Assembly (NCBI GenBank): GCA_020429585.1
Contig: JAGQLE010000001.1
Location: forward strand, 1-49,436
Direction of reading: 5' to 3'
Source of the DNA: Candidatus Berkelbacteria bacterium
GTDB taxonomy: Bacteria > Patescibacteriota > UBA1384 > JACPKC01
DNA length: 49,436 bases
Both the position numbers and the translations under genes were made by a program. Shown piece after piece: positions 37,402 to 45,430 of the stretch (its first letter is position 1; the number at the start of each line of letters is the position of its first letter). The notes under the pieces are model-generated. The model was not told the DNA's origin. It saw only the letters and a list, made by a program, of their open reading frames with translations, and made no database searches.

Positions 37402-37409
37402 TTACTAAA

Positions 37410-38834
37410 ATGAAAAAACAACTTACAACCAGACAAGAAAACTTTGCTCAATGGTATTTGGATGTAATCGCGGCTGCTGATTTGGCCGAGCATTCCGGTG
37501 TTAAAGGTTCAATGATCATTAAGCCGTATGGCTTTGCGCTTTGGGAGCGGATCAAAGAGGAGCTCGACAGCCGAATTAAGGCGACAGGTCACAAGAACGC
37601 TTACTTTCCGTTACTTATTCCCGAAAGTTTTTTGAAGCGCGAGAAAGACCACGTCCAGGGTTTTTCGCCGGAGTTAGCCGTTGTAACTCATGCCGGCGGT
37701 CAAAAGCTCGATGAACCTTTAGTAGTTAGGCCAACCTCGGAAACAATTATTTATGATACTTATTCGCGGTGGATTGAGTCTTATCGCGATTTACCGTTGT
37801 TAATTAACCAGTGGGCAAATGTTGTGCGTTGGGAGTTGCGTCCAAGGTTATTTTTACGGACGACTGAGTTTTTGTGGCAAGAGGGTCATACTGCTCATGC
37901 AACGGAAGAGGATGCCCAACAAGAAGTGCTTAAGATGCTAGGCGTCTACAAAGAGCTAGCCGAAGATATTTTAGCGATGCCTGTTTACGATGGTGAGAAA
38001 AGCGAAACTGAGCGGTTTGCGGGAGCAAAACGTACTTATACGATTGAGGCGATGATGCAAGACGGCAAGGCTCTTCAAGCTGGCACTTCTCATAACCTAG
38101 GCCAGGGTTTCTCTAAGGCATTCGATGTTCAATTTACTGATGCTGATGGCGAGCGTAAACATGTTTGGTTAACCAGTTGGGGCGTTAGTACGCGGATGAT
38201 CGGTGGGCTTATAATGACCCATTCCGATGATTCCGGCTTAGTTTTGCCGCCTAAGATTGCGCCAACTCAGGTAGTGGTGATTCCGATTTGGAAAGATGAT
38301 ACAGAAAAAGAAAGCGTCATGAAGGCGGTTGAGCAACTTAAATCCCAACTTGATATTAGGCTCGAGGTGGATGACCGCGACTTCCAATCACCAGGTTATA
38401 AATTTAACGAGTGGGAAAAGAAGGGGGTGCCGATTCGGGTTGAGCTTGGTCCTCGTGACGTCCAATCTCAGCAGTTGGTTCTTGTTCGTCGGGATACCAG
38501 CGAAAAAGAGACGGTTAAGTTATCGGTGGCGGCAACTAGAATCAAACAACTGCTCGAAGATATTCAGATCGATCTGGCTAAAAAGGCTAAAGAGAATCGA
38601 GACCAAAATACTTTTATGGTCGAAAATTACGATGAGTTTAAACAGAAGGTTGAGCAGGGCTTTGTCAGGGTCTTCTGGTGCGGTGAGGCCAAATGTGAGG
38701 AGAGGATTAAAGCCGACACTAAAGCGACGGTTCGCTGTTTGCCTTTTGATAAGCAGTTAATTCAAGAAGATGGCAGATGTATTAGCTGTGGCAAGCAAGG
38801 TAAAAGCGAAGCTTTATTTGCTAGGTCGTATTAA
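37410..38834 (+). CDS. proS: proline--tRNA ligase (archaeal/eukaryote-like type, no insertion editing domain)
   Basis: FAQWYLDVI...KGSMIIKPYGFALWE, RPTSET, and the C-terminal Cys cluster CGEAKC...CISCG...ARSY. Confidence 0.93.
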   Translation: MKKQLTTRQENFAQWYLDVIAAADLAEHSGVKGSMIIKPYGFALWERIKEELDSRIKATGHKNAYFPLLIPESFLKREKDHVQGFSPELAVVTHAGGQKLDEPLVVRPTSETIIYDTYSRWIESYRDLPLLINQWANVVRWELRPRLFLRTTEFLWQEGHTAHATEEDAQQEVLKMLGVYKELAEDILAMPVYDGEKSETERFAGAKRTYTIEAMMQDGKALQAGTSHNLGQGFSKAFDVQFTDADGERKHVWLTSWGVSTRMIGGLIMTHSDDSGLVLPPKIAPTQVVVIPIWKDDTEKESVMKAVEQLKSQLDIRLEVDDRDFQSPGYKFNEWEKKGVPIRVELGPRDVQSQQLVLVRRDTSEKETVKLSVAATRIKQLLEDIQIDLAKKAKENRDQNTFMVENYDEFKQKVEQGFVRVFWCGEAKCEERIKADTKATVRCLPFDKQLIQEDGRCISCGKQGKSEALFARSY

Positions 38835-39622
38835 TGAAACAACGAATCGTTATCGGTAATTGGAAAATGAATACGACCGCCGAGGAAGCGGTTTTACTAG
38901 TAGAGGAGCTTAAGAAGCAGGCAGAGTACGTTGAGCTAGACGTTGAATTAGGTGTTTGTCCACCCATGCCTTGGCTATTGGCACTTAATGAAATTTTGGA
39001 CGAAACGGAGATTGGGGTTGGTGTTCAAGACGCTGAACCAGGCGACTTTGGTGCTCAAACCGGTTCGGTTTCGATAAAGATGATTGCCGAGCATGCCGAG
39101 TATGTAATCATTGGTCACTCCGAGCGACGTAGTACTGGGCAAGACAATGACGAATCAATTAATGCCAAGGTAAAATCCGCTCTTGAAAACAGTCTGACAC
39201 CGGTGGTTTGCGTGGGCGAATTCACTCATCTTTACGAAAAAAAGCGAGTTCGCGGCCGGCCCACTAAATTAGAGGAGATCAGTAATATCTTTAAGCAGCT
39301 CCAGCAGGCGATTAAGGGTGTAGCCGAAAAAGACATTCCTAAGCTAGTAGTTGCCTATGAGCCAGTTTGGGCAATTGGGACGGGTAAGCCAGCGTCCCCG
39401 GAGTACGCGGCCGAGATCATCGATCGATTAAGAACGGTCCTAAAGAGAGCGTCTAAGCGCAAGTTGGCTAACGAGGCTAGGATTTTGTACGGTGGGTCGG
39501 TAACCGCCAGCAATGCCAAAAGTTATGCCGAACTAGAAGAGATTGACGGCGTTCTAGTGGGGGGTGCGAGCTTGAAGGCATCAGAGTTTATGAAAATAGC
39601 CGCCGCTTTTTCGAGACAATGA
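38834..39622 (+). CDS. tpiA: triose-phosphate isomerase
   Basis: IVIGNWKMN, IIGHSERR, AYEPVWAIGTG. Confidence 0.93.
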   Translation: MKQRIVIGNWKMNTTAEEAVLLVEELKKQAEYVELDVELGVCPPMPWLLALNEILDETEIGVGVQDAEPGDFGAQTGSVSIKMIAEHAEYVIIGHSERRSTGQDNDESINAKVKSALENSLTPVVCVGEFTHLYEKKRVRGRPTKLEEISNIFKQLQQAIKGVAEKDIPKLVVAYEPVWAIGTGKPASPEYAAEIIDRLRTVLKRASKRKLANEARILYGGSVTASNAKSYAELEEIDGVLVGGASLKASEFMKIAAAFSRQ

Positions 39623-39702
39623 TAGCGATTGGTGTAATTTTGGTGCTTGTGTTGATTTTGGGACTATCGATGTATTACGGGAAATACGACGAAAAAGAAT
39701 AA
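39619..39702 (+). CDS. possible 27-aa single-TM micro-protein
   Basis: The ATG overlaps the tpiA stop (ATGA). MIAIGVILVLVLILGLSMYYGKYDEKE. Too short for confidence. Confidence 0.25.
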   Translation: MIAIGVILVLVLILGLSMYYGKYDEKE

Positions 39703-39745
39703 TTATCTGAGATAATAAACTACTGAATGAAATTTAGGAGGATTG

Positions 39746-40744
39746 ATGATTCGCGTTGCAATTAATGGTTTTGGGCGGATTGGCCGCCAGGCCGCTAAAA
39801 TTATGCTCGAGAATGACGATGTTTTTAAGATCGTCGCCGTTAACGACCTAACTAATCCGGAAGCTTTAGCTAACTTGTTAAAGTACGACTCCGTGTATGG
39901 ATTGTACGAGCGCGAGGTTAGTTCTGACGCCGACGAAATAATTATCGACAAAAAGAAAATTAAAGTTTACTCCGAAAAAGATCCAGCGGATTTGCCTTGG
40001 AAAGAAGACAAGATCGATGTTGTAATCGAATCAACTGGTTTGTTTACTAAAAAGGAAGATGCAGCCAAGCATATCTCGGCCGGAGCAAAAAATGTTGTTA
40101 TATCGGCGCCAAGTAAGGGTGATGATCCAGCGCCAACTTTTTTGCGCGGAGTTAATGACGATATTTTAGGCGACGATAAGGTTATTAATAATGCCTCCTG
40201 CACAACTAACTGTATTGCGCCGACCATCCAGGTTTTGCACGATGCCTTTGGGGTAAAGAAGGCTTTGATGACGACCGTTCATGGCTATACTGCCGATCAG
40301 AACCTGCAGGATGGACCTCATCGCGATTATCGTCGAGCCAGGGCCGCCGGTTTAAATATTGTTCCAACCAGTACCGGGGCAGCGATTGCGACCACCCAAG
40401 TAATTCCCGAGCTCAAAGGAGTTTTTGATGGCACCTCGCTTAGGGTGCCGGTACCAGTTGGTTCGATTTCCGATATTACGGCTGTTCTAAAAAAAGAGGC
40501 GACAGTTGATCAAATTAATAGCACCTTCGAAAAGGCGGCTAAATCCAAGCGCTACCAGGGAGTTCTAGACGTAACGCGCGAGCCGCTGGTGTCATCGGAT
40601 ATTATCGGCAATTCAGCTTCAGCAATTGTCGATTTGTCGCTCACGCAAGTGGTCGAAGACATGGTCAAGGTCTTTGCCTGGTATGACAACGAGTTCGGCT
40701 ATGCCAACAGGCTAGTCGAGATGGTTCAGCAGATTGGTAAGTAA
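39746..40744 (+). CDS. gap: type I glyceraldehyde-3-phosphate dehydrogenase
   Basis: IRVAINGFGRIGR, NASCTTNC, WYDNEFGY. AGGAGG lies 4 nt upstream of ATG 39746. Confidence 0.95.
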   Translation: MIRVAINGFGRIGRQAAKIMLENDDVFKIVAVNDLTNPEALANLLKYDSVYGLYEREVSSDADEIIIDKKKIKVYSEKDPADLPWKEDKIDVVIESTGLFTKKEDAAKHISAGAKNVVISAPSKGDDPAPTFLRGVNDDILGDDKVINNASCTTNCIAPTIQVLHDAFGVKKALMTTVHGYTADQNLQDGPHRDYRRARAAGLNIVPTSTGAAIATTQVIPELKGVFDGTSLRVPVPVGSISDITAVLKKEATVDQINSTFEKAAKSKRYQGVLDVTREPLVSSDIIGNSASAIVDLSLTQVVEDMVKVFAWYDNEFGYANRLVEMVQQIGK

Positions 40745-41043
40745 TGGCGAATAAGGGGAGATTTGACGGCTGGCAATTTTTACTCGGGTTCTTACCAGTG
40801 GCTATTGGCGCAGGCTGGGCAATTATTTTATTTGGTACTGGCTTAGTAAATGTTTCGATTGAGCAACCTTTTGATGATTTGCTCGATTTTGGACTTTATT
40901 TGAGCTTAACCGGTTTAACGTTATTTTTATTTAGTAAAGGACTTGACCGCTTTAGACAGGCTGGTAGCTGGGACTTGCTTTTAAGTTCCTCGCTGGTTTT
41001 GCTCTATATTTTAGTTTTGACCTTGATTGGCTCAAGTTATTGA
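40744..41043 (+). CDS. hypothetical small membrane protein
   Basis: 99 aa with 3 hydrophobic segments. The ATG overlaps the gap stop (TAATG). Confidence 0.5.
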   Translation: MANKGRFDGWQFLLGFLPVAIGAGWAIILFGTGLVNVSIEQPFDDLLDFGLYLSLTGLTLFLFSKGLDRFRQAGSWDLLLSSSLVLLYILVLTLIGSSY

Positions 41044-41056
41044 CGGTGGGAGGGGT

Positions 41057-41800
41057 ATGAGAAGTATTTGGACTGGTTCGTTGGTGTTAGGCTTGGTGAA
41101 TATTCCAATCAAGCTTTTTTCGGTGATCGAACAGCGTAGTATTTCGTTTCGATTACTTGATGACAAGGACTACGAGCCGATTCGGTATCAGCGGGTTTCA
41201 GAAAAAACCGGCCAGGTGGTTGATTGGGAAAATATCGTTAAGGGCTTCGAGGTTACGCCCGGCAAGTTTTATGTCTTAAGCCGAGAGAATATTAAAAAGC
41301 TTAAACCGACTAAGTCGGATGCGATTCAGATCATCGAATTTATTAACAAAGACCAAGTCGACGAGATTTATTTTAATAAAAACTATTACCTTGCGCCCAA
41401 GGAAGAGGGTCGCAAAGCGTTCTTTTTGTTTAAGAAGGCGCTCGAGGAAGCTGGTAAAGTTGCAATTGCTAATTTTGTAATGCGTGAGCGCGAGCACTAT
41501 TGCATGATCGAGCCGCACGGCAAGGGGATTTTAATTACGACGTTGTTCTACCAAGAGGAAATCCGCTCGATGGACGAGATTGCCGAGCTTGAGGGCGCAG
41601 CGCCAAAACTAACTGCTGACGAGATGGAATTAGCCCGGTTAATTATCGATAAAAAGACTCACAAAAGTTTTGACATTTCTAAATTCAAAGACGAATTTTC
41701 CGACAACCTCATTAAAGCGACTAAGGGTAAAAAGATCGAGCAAAAAGAAATCAAGAAGAGTCCCAATCTCATCGAAGCCTTGAAAGCCTCGGTTAAGTAA
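41057..41800 (+). CDS. ku: Ku protein (bacterial NHEJ)
   Basis: MRSIWTGSLVLGLVNIPIKLFSVIE...FRLLD is typical of bacterial Ku. GGGAGGGG SD upstream. Confidence 0.88.
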   Translation: MRSIWTGSLVLGLVNIPIKLFSVIEQRSISFRLLDDKDYEPIRYQRVSEKTGQVVDWENIVKGFEVTPGKFYVLSRENIKKLKPTKSDAIQIIEFINKDQVDEIYFNKNYYLAPKEEGRKAFFLFKKALEEAGKVAIANFVMREREHYCMIEPHGKGILITTLFYQEEIRSMDEIAELEGAAPKLTADEMELARLIIDKKTHKSFDISKFKDEFSDNLIKATKGKKIEQKEIKKSPNLIEALKASVK

Positions 41801-41803
41801 CTT

Positions 41804-41865
41804 GTCATCCTGAGTGGAGCGATAGCGTAGCCGAAGGATCCCTGAGCGAAGGGATTTTTAATGAC
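41804..41865. repeat. MITE/REP-like element arm (GTCATCCTGAGTGGAGCG...GAAGGATC...AATGAC)
   Basis: 32 of the first 37 nt are identical to 45138-45174. Internal hairpin ATCCCT-GAGCGA-AGGGAT. Confidence 0.65.
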
Positions 41866-41910
41866 GATCTTAGACTATATTCTCAATTCTAAATTCTGTA
41901 TTCTGAAATT

Positions 41911-42150
41911 ATGAGCTTAACCGATCAGGATCTCCAAAAAATCAAAGCCGTTGTTGATGCTAGGGCTGACCTTCAGGATATGAAGCTGGAACAGATTCGT
42001 CAGCAGGTTGATAACCTCGAGAAAAACATGGCAACCAAAGAGCAACTCGAACAGGTAAAAGAAATGCTTGAAGTCGATCATTCTGGTTTAGTTAAAGATG
42101 TTGAGGATCTTAAGGCGAGAGTAGCTCGACTCGAATCTCAAACGGTTTAA
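41911..42150 (+). CDS. hypothetical coiled-coil protein
   Basis: 79 aa, heptad-like (LQDMKLEQIRQQVDNLEKNM...LKARVARLESQ). Its stop is 2 nt before the ligase start. Confidence 0.5.
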   Translation: MSLTDQDLQKIKAVVDARADLQDMKLEQIRQQVDNLEKNMATKEQLEQVKEMLEVDHSGLVKDVEDLKARVARLESQTV

Positions 42151-42152
42151 TA

Positions 42153-43076
42153 ATGGTCGATGTAACTTATAAGCCAATGCTGGCAAAAATTGGCGAGCAG
42201 AAACTACTGGCAAATAAGAATTATACCTTTGAACCTAAGGTCGATGGTACCCGGGCGATTTGCTATGTCGGCAAAGACCTAAAGTTCGTTAACCGCAATG
42301 GCGTCACTATCAACAGCCGTTATCCGGAGTTAGCTGAAATTCGTAAGCATATTAAGGGTAAAAGTTGCGTACTAGATGGCGAGATTGTGATTTATAACAA
42401 GGACGGATTGCCCGATTTTCAGTTGTTTCAAAAACGAGACCGAAGTTTAAAGCCGCAAGTGATCGAGCAGTTGAGCAAAAAGTACCCGGCTACTTATGTA
42501 GTATTCGATTGTCTGGAGTATGAAGGCCAATCGCTTTTAAAAGAAAAACTTGAGGACCGGCAGATGGTGGTAGAAAAGATTATTCGTGACGGTAAAAAAA
42601 TCCAAAAAACTTTTATTGCCGATGATGGTAAAAAGCTTTGGAAGGTTGTTAAGGAACGGAATCTCGAAGGCTTAATGGCAAAAAAGAAAGGCAGTTTTTA
42701 TTATCCGGGTGAACGCAGTAGCTCTTGGTTTAAAATTAAGAATTTGGAGCGCCTAGACGGCGTCATAATTGGTTATACATCTGTTAAGCGGCCGATCTCG
42801 TCCCTTGGTATCGCCATCTGCAAAAACAGCCGACTAACTTACATTGGCAACGTTGGGACCGGTTTCACCGAGGAGTTGATCGCTGAACTTAAGCCCAAGC
42901 TCGACAAGATCAAGCGCAAAACTCCGCCGGTTGATTACACTGGTAACGATGATTTTATTTGGGTGCAGCCAAAGTTGGTGGCCGAAATCCAGTATTTGGA
43001 GTTTTCGCCCGATGGCATGATGCGAATCCCATCTTTTATCCGTTTGCGAGACGATAAAAAACCAGAGAAGTGTTAA
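42153..43076 (+). CDS. ATP-dependent DNA ligase (LigD ligase-domain-only type)
   Basis: EPKVDGTRAI (KxDG adenylation motif), LDGEIV, EGLMAKK, and an OB-fold C-terminal part. Confidence 0.88.
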   Translation: MVDVTYKPMLAKIGEQKLLANKNYTFEPKVDGTRAICYVGKDLKFVNRNGVTINSRYPELAEIRKHIKGKSCVLDGEIVIYNKDGLPDFQLFQKRDRSLKPQVIEQLSKKYPATYVVFDCLEYEGQSLLKEKLEDRQMVVEKIIRDGKKIQKTFIADDGKKLWKVVKERNLEGLMAKKKGSFYYPGERSSSWFKIKNLERLDGVIIGYTSVKRPISSLGIAICKNSRLTYIGNVGTGFTEELIAELKPKLDKIKRKTPPVDYTGNDDFIWVQPKLVAEIQYLEFSPDGMMRIPSFIRLRDDKKPEKC

Positions 43077-43077
43077 A

Positions 43078-44235
43078 TTATTTTCTCTTTAATTCTTCCA
43101 TGGCAGGTAGTTTTTCGCCGGCTAGGTATTTTAGAGTTGCGCCGCCGCCGGTTGAAACAAAGCTGAACTGGTGGAGATTGAGTCCGATTTCATTAACAAA
43201 ACCGACCGTGTCGCCACCAGAAATAATTTTTAGTGCTTGTTGGTTAGTTGCAATCGCTCGGGCCACTTCTTCGGAGCCGAATTTAAAATCCTGGGCATTG
43301 AGGCTGGTGACGCCGACGGTCCCGTTCCAAAAGATAGTTTTTGCATCATGTATTTTTTGCTTAAAATTTTGACGAGCCTTTTGGCCGATGTCCATAATTT
43401 TACCGCTCTGCCAGGTATAATCCTCGGGTAAAACGAACTTTTGCGGAGCCTGCTTGATTAGGTCGGCTGATTCTTTGACTTCGGCGAGCTCAACTGTCGA
43501 GCGTTTGACATCAACCCCTTCGGCTTTAAGAAAAGTATTAGCGATGACGCCACCAAGCAAAAAGGTATCGACACTGTCGATTAACTCCTGCATAACCGGA
43601 ATTTTACTTTTAGCTTTAGCACCGCCCAAAACGCAGACGAACGGGTGTTTGATTTCGGTTTTGAGCTGGTCAAGGTGATCGATCTCAGAGAGAAGTTGGA
43701 GACCAGGCAAGGCAACACGGGCTTCTTTGATTGCAGCTGCAGTGGAGGCGTGAGTACGGTGGGCAACGGCAAAGGCATCATATATATAGTAATCGCCTAG
43801 TTGAGCGAGTTGGCGGCCAAGTTCACCGTTGTTGTCGGTTTCGCGCCAGTCAAAACGGATGTTTTCGAGCAAATAAACACCTCGGGTAATTATATAGGCT
43901 GGAATACCAAGGGGTTTTATTTCTTTAGTATTTAAACTTTCCGAATCAATATTTAGCAGTTCTTTGAGGCGGAGGGCAACCGCTCCTAAGCCAAGGCGAA
44001 CATTGCCGGCTTGGATATTGCTAAACTTCTCGCGCGGTCGCAATACCGGTCGTCCCAAATGGGCAACTAAATAGATTTCTTTGACGCCCTGACTTTGCAA
44101 ATATTCGATCGTTGGCAGCGAGGCTTTAATTCGGTAGTCGTCGACAATTTCGCCATCTTGGTTTAATGGCACGTCATAATCGGTACGAATGACGACCTTT
44201 TTGCCTTTGAAATTGAATTCTTTTAAATTTTGCAT
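43078..44235 (-). CDS. pgk: phosphoglycerate kinase
   Basis: KVVIRTDYDVPL, AHLGRP, GGGATL... Its stop is 1 nt from the ligase stop (convergent). Confidence 0.95.
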   Translation of the reverse strand: MQNLKEFNFKGKKVVIRTDYDVPLNQDGEIVDDYRIKASLPTIEYLQSQGVKEIYLVAHLGRPVLRPREKFSNIQAGNVRLGLGAVALRLKELLNIDSESLNTKEIKPLGIPAYIITRGVYLLENIRFDWRETDNNGELGRQLAQLGDYYIYDAFAVAHRTHASTAAAIKEARVALPGLQLLSEIDHLDQLKTEIKHPFVCVLGGAKAKSKIPVMQELIDSVDTFLLGGVIANTFLKAEGVDVKRSTVELAEVKESADLIKQAPQKFVLPEDYTWQSGKIMDIGQKARQNFKQKIHDAKTIFWNGTVGVTSLNAQDFKFGSEEVARAIATNQQALKIISGGDTVGFVNEIGLNLHQFSFVSTGGGATLKYLAGEKLPAMEELKRK

Positions 44236-44245
44236 AACTTAACAG

Positions 44246-44273
44246 TAAATAGGCAATAGGCATTAGGCAATAG
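44246..44273. repeat. solo heptanucleotide tandem repeat (AGGCAAT AGGCATT AGGCAAT AG)
   Basis: Three tandem heptamers. The 16-mer is identical to 7518-7533. Lies about 10 nt upstream of the pgk ATG, which has no SD. Confidence 0.7.
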
Positions 44274-44285
44274 TCTGTGTTGTTT

Positions 44286-44389
44286 GTCATTCCGGACTTG
44301 ATAACAAGATACGAGGACTTTACAGTAAAAGCGTTTCAGCGAAGCTATCCAGACTTGCATTAGAGATCCTGAAACAAGTTCAGGATGAC
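44286..44389. repeat. MITE/REP-like palindromic element (GTCATTCCGGA...TTCAGGATGAC)
   Basis: Inverted termini. The internal GATCCTGAAACAAGTTCAGGATGAC forms a hairpin. The ORF-track product at 44223..44423 is just a translation of this repeat. Confidence 0.7.
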
Positions 44390-44400
44390 ATGGAGAGGGA

Positions 44401-45075
44401 ATGAAAAAATACGAACATATCAAAATCGAAATTACAAAAATCGAACAGTTGGCCCTAGATATTAAAGAATTTACGGCTTCGAGAGTTGATGGCCAGGATT
44501 ATCGGTTTTCACCTGGGCAGCACTTACTATTTTGGCTGCCAACTAAATACTCATCTTTTTCTCTGGCTTCTAATCCAATTAACACCAAGGAGTTTGCTTT
44601 TGCTGTTCGTAAAATCGGCCGCTCGACCGGTTTTTTGCATGACGAGGTGAATGTTGGTGATGAGCTTGAGATTACGGCGCCGATGGGTAAGGGCTTCGAC
44701 CAGGAAAAAATTAAAGGCAAAGATATCTGGTTTATTGCGGGCGGTATCGGCCTGATGGGCTTGTCGGCACAGATTTTAACAATTGAGGCGAATCCTGATC
44801 TTTATCCCGGCCAGCATAAGTTATTTTACGGGCTTAGGGATCGTCGGGAGCTCTTGTGGCCTGATAAAATCGAGCGCTGGAAGGATTTTATGGATATCGA
44901 TATTACCGGTGATGGCCGGCATTTGGTTGGTGATCTGCTTCATGAGGATCTTGAAGTTCACGACGAAATCGCGGTCTTTATTTGCGGACCAGCAGCTTTT
45001 TTTAAGCCGATTTTTCAGCTGTTAATCAAACTTGGGATTAAGCCACAAAATATTCAGACCAATATTTGGGAGTAG
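44401..45075 (+). CDS. FNR-like FAD/NAD(P)-binding oxidoreductase (PyrK / ferredoxin-reductase-type domain), no Fe-S tail
   Basis: FSPGQHLLFWLP, SFSLASNP (RxYS-like), GDELEITAPMGKGF and IWFIAGGIGLMGL. Confidence 0.75.
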   Translation: MKKYEHIKIEITKIEQLALDIKEFTASRVDGQDYRFSPGQHLLFWLPTKYSSFSLASNPINTKEFAFAVRKIGRSTGFLHDEVNVGDELEITAPMGKGFDQEKIKGKDIWFIAGGIGLMGLSAQILTIEANPDLYPGQHKLFYGLRDRRELLWPDKIERWKDFMDIDITGDGRHLVGDLLHEDLEVHDEIAVFICGPAAFFKPIFQLLIKLGIKPQNIQTNIWE

Positions 45076-45137
45076 GTATTAATTAATAATTAATTTTGAT
45101 CAACAAGCAATGATTCGCCGGAAAATCACGTAGTTTT

Positions 45138-45288
45138 GTCATCTTGAGTGGAGCGCTAGCGTAATCGAAAGATCTCTTTAGGCTTGATGTATCCGTCATC
45201 CAGACTACTTAAAGTGCTTTGGAGATCCTTCGACTCGCAGGCTCGCTCCCCACTTCGTCAAAGCTTCGTATGGGCGCGGCAGGATGAC
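45138..45288. repeat. composite of two MITE/REP-like units (single arm at 45138-45178, full palindromic unit at 45195-45288)
   Basis: 45138-45174 resembles 41804-41840. 45195-45288 has GTCATCCAGA...GCAGGATGAC termini and GATCCTTCGACTCG as in 28855-28950. Confidence 0.7.
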
Positions 45289-45430
45289 AGTTATAAGAGC
45301 GGTTTTTTATGTAGAGAGGGTATCATACGGATGATTGGCCACGGTTCTGATTTTGAAATAGTTTAGCCTAAGAAGTTGAGTTAAACCTGTAAATATAGTA
45401 ATCTCTTAACTTAAATCGGAAAGGTTTATT

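Noticed and set aside
44223-44423. ORFs 44223..44423 (-) and 45184..45366 (+) as protein-coding genes
   Set aside because: They lie entirely within the palindromic repeat elements. Peptides such as CHPELVSGS and RSFDSQARS are simply repeat translations, with no SD or genic context.
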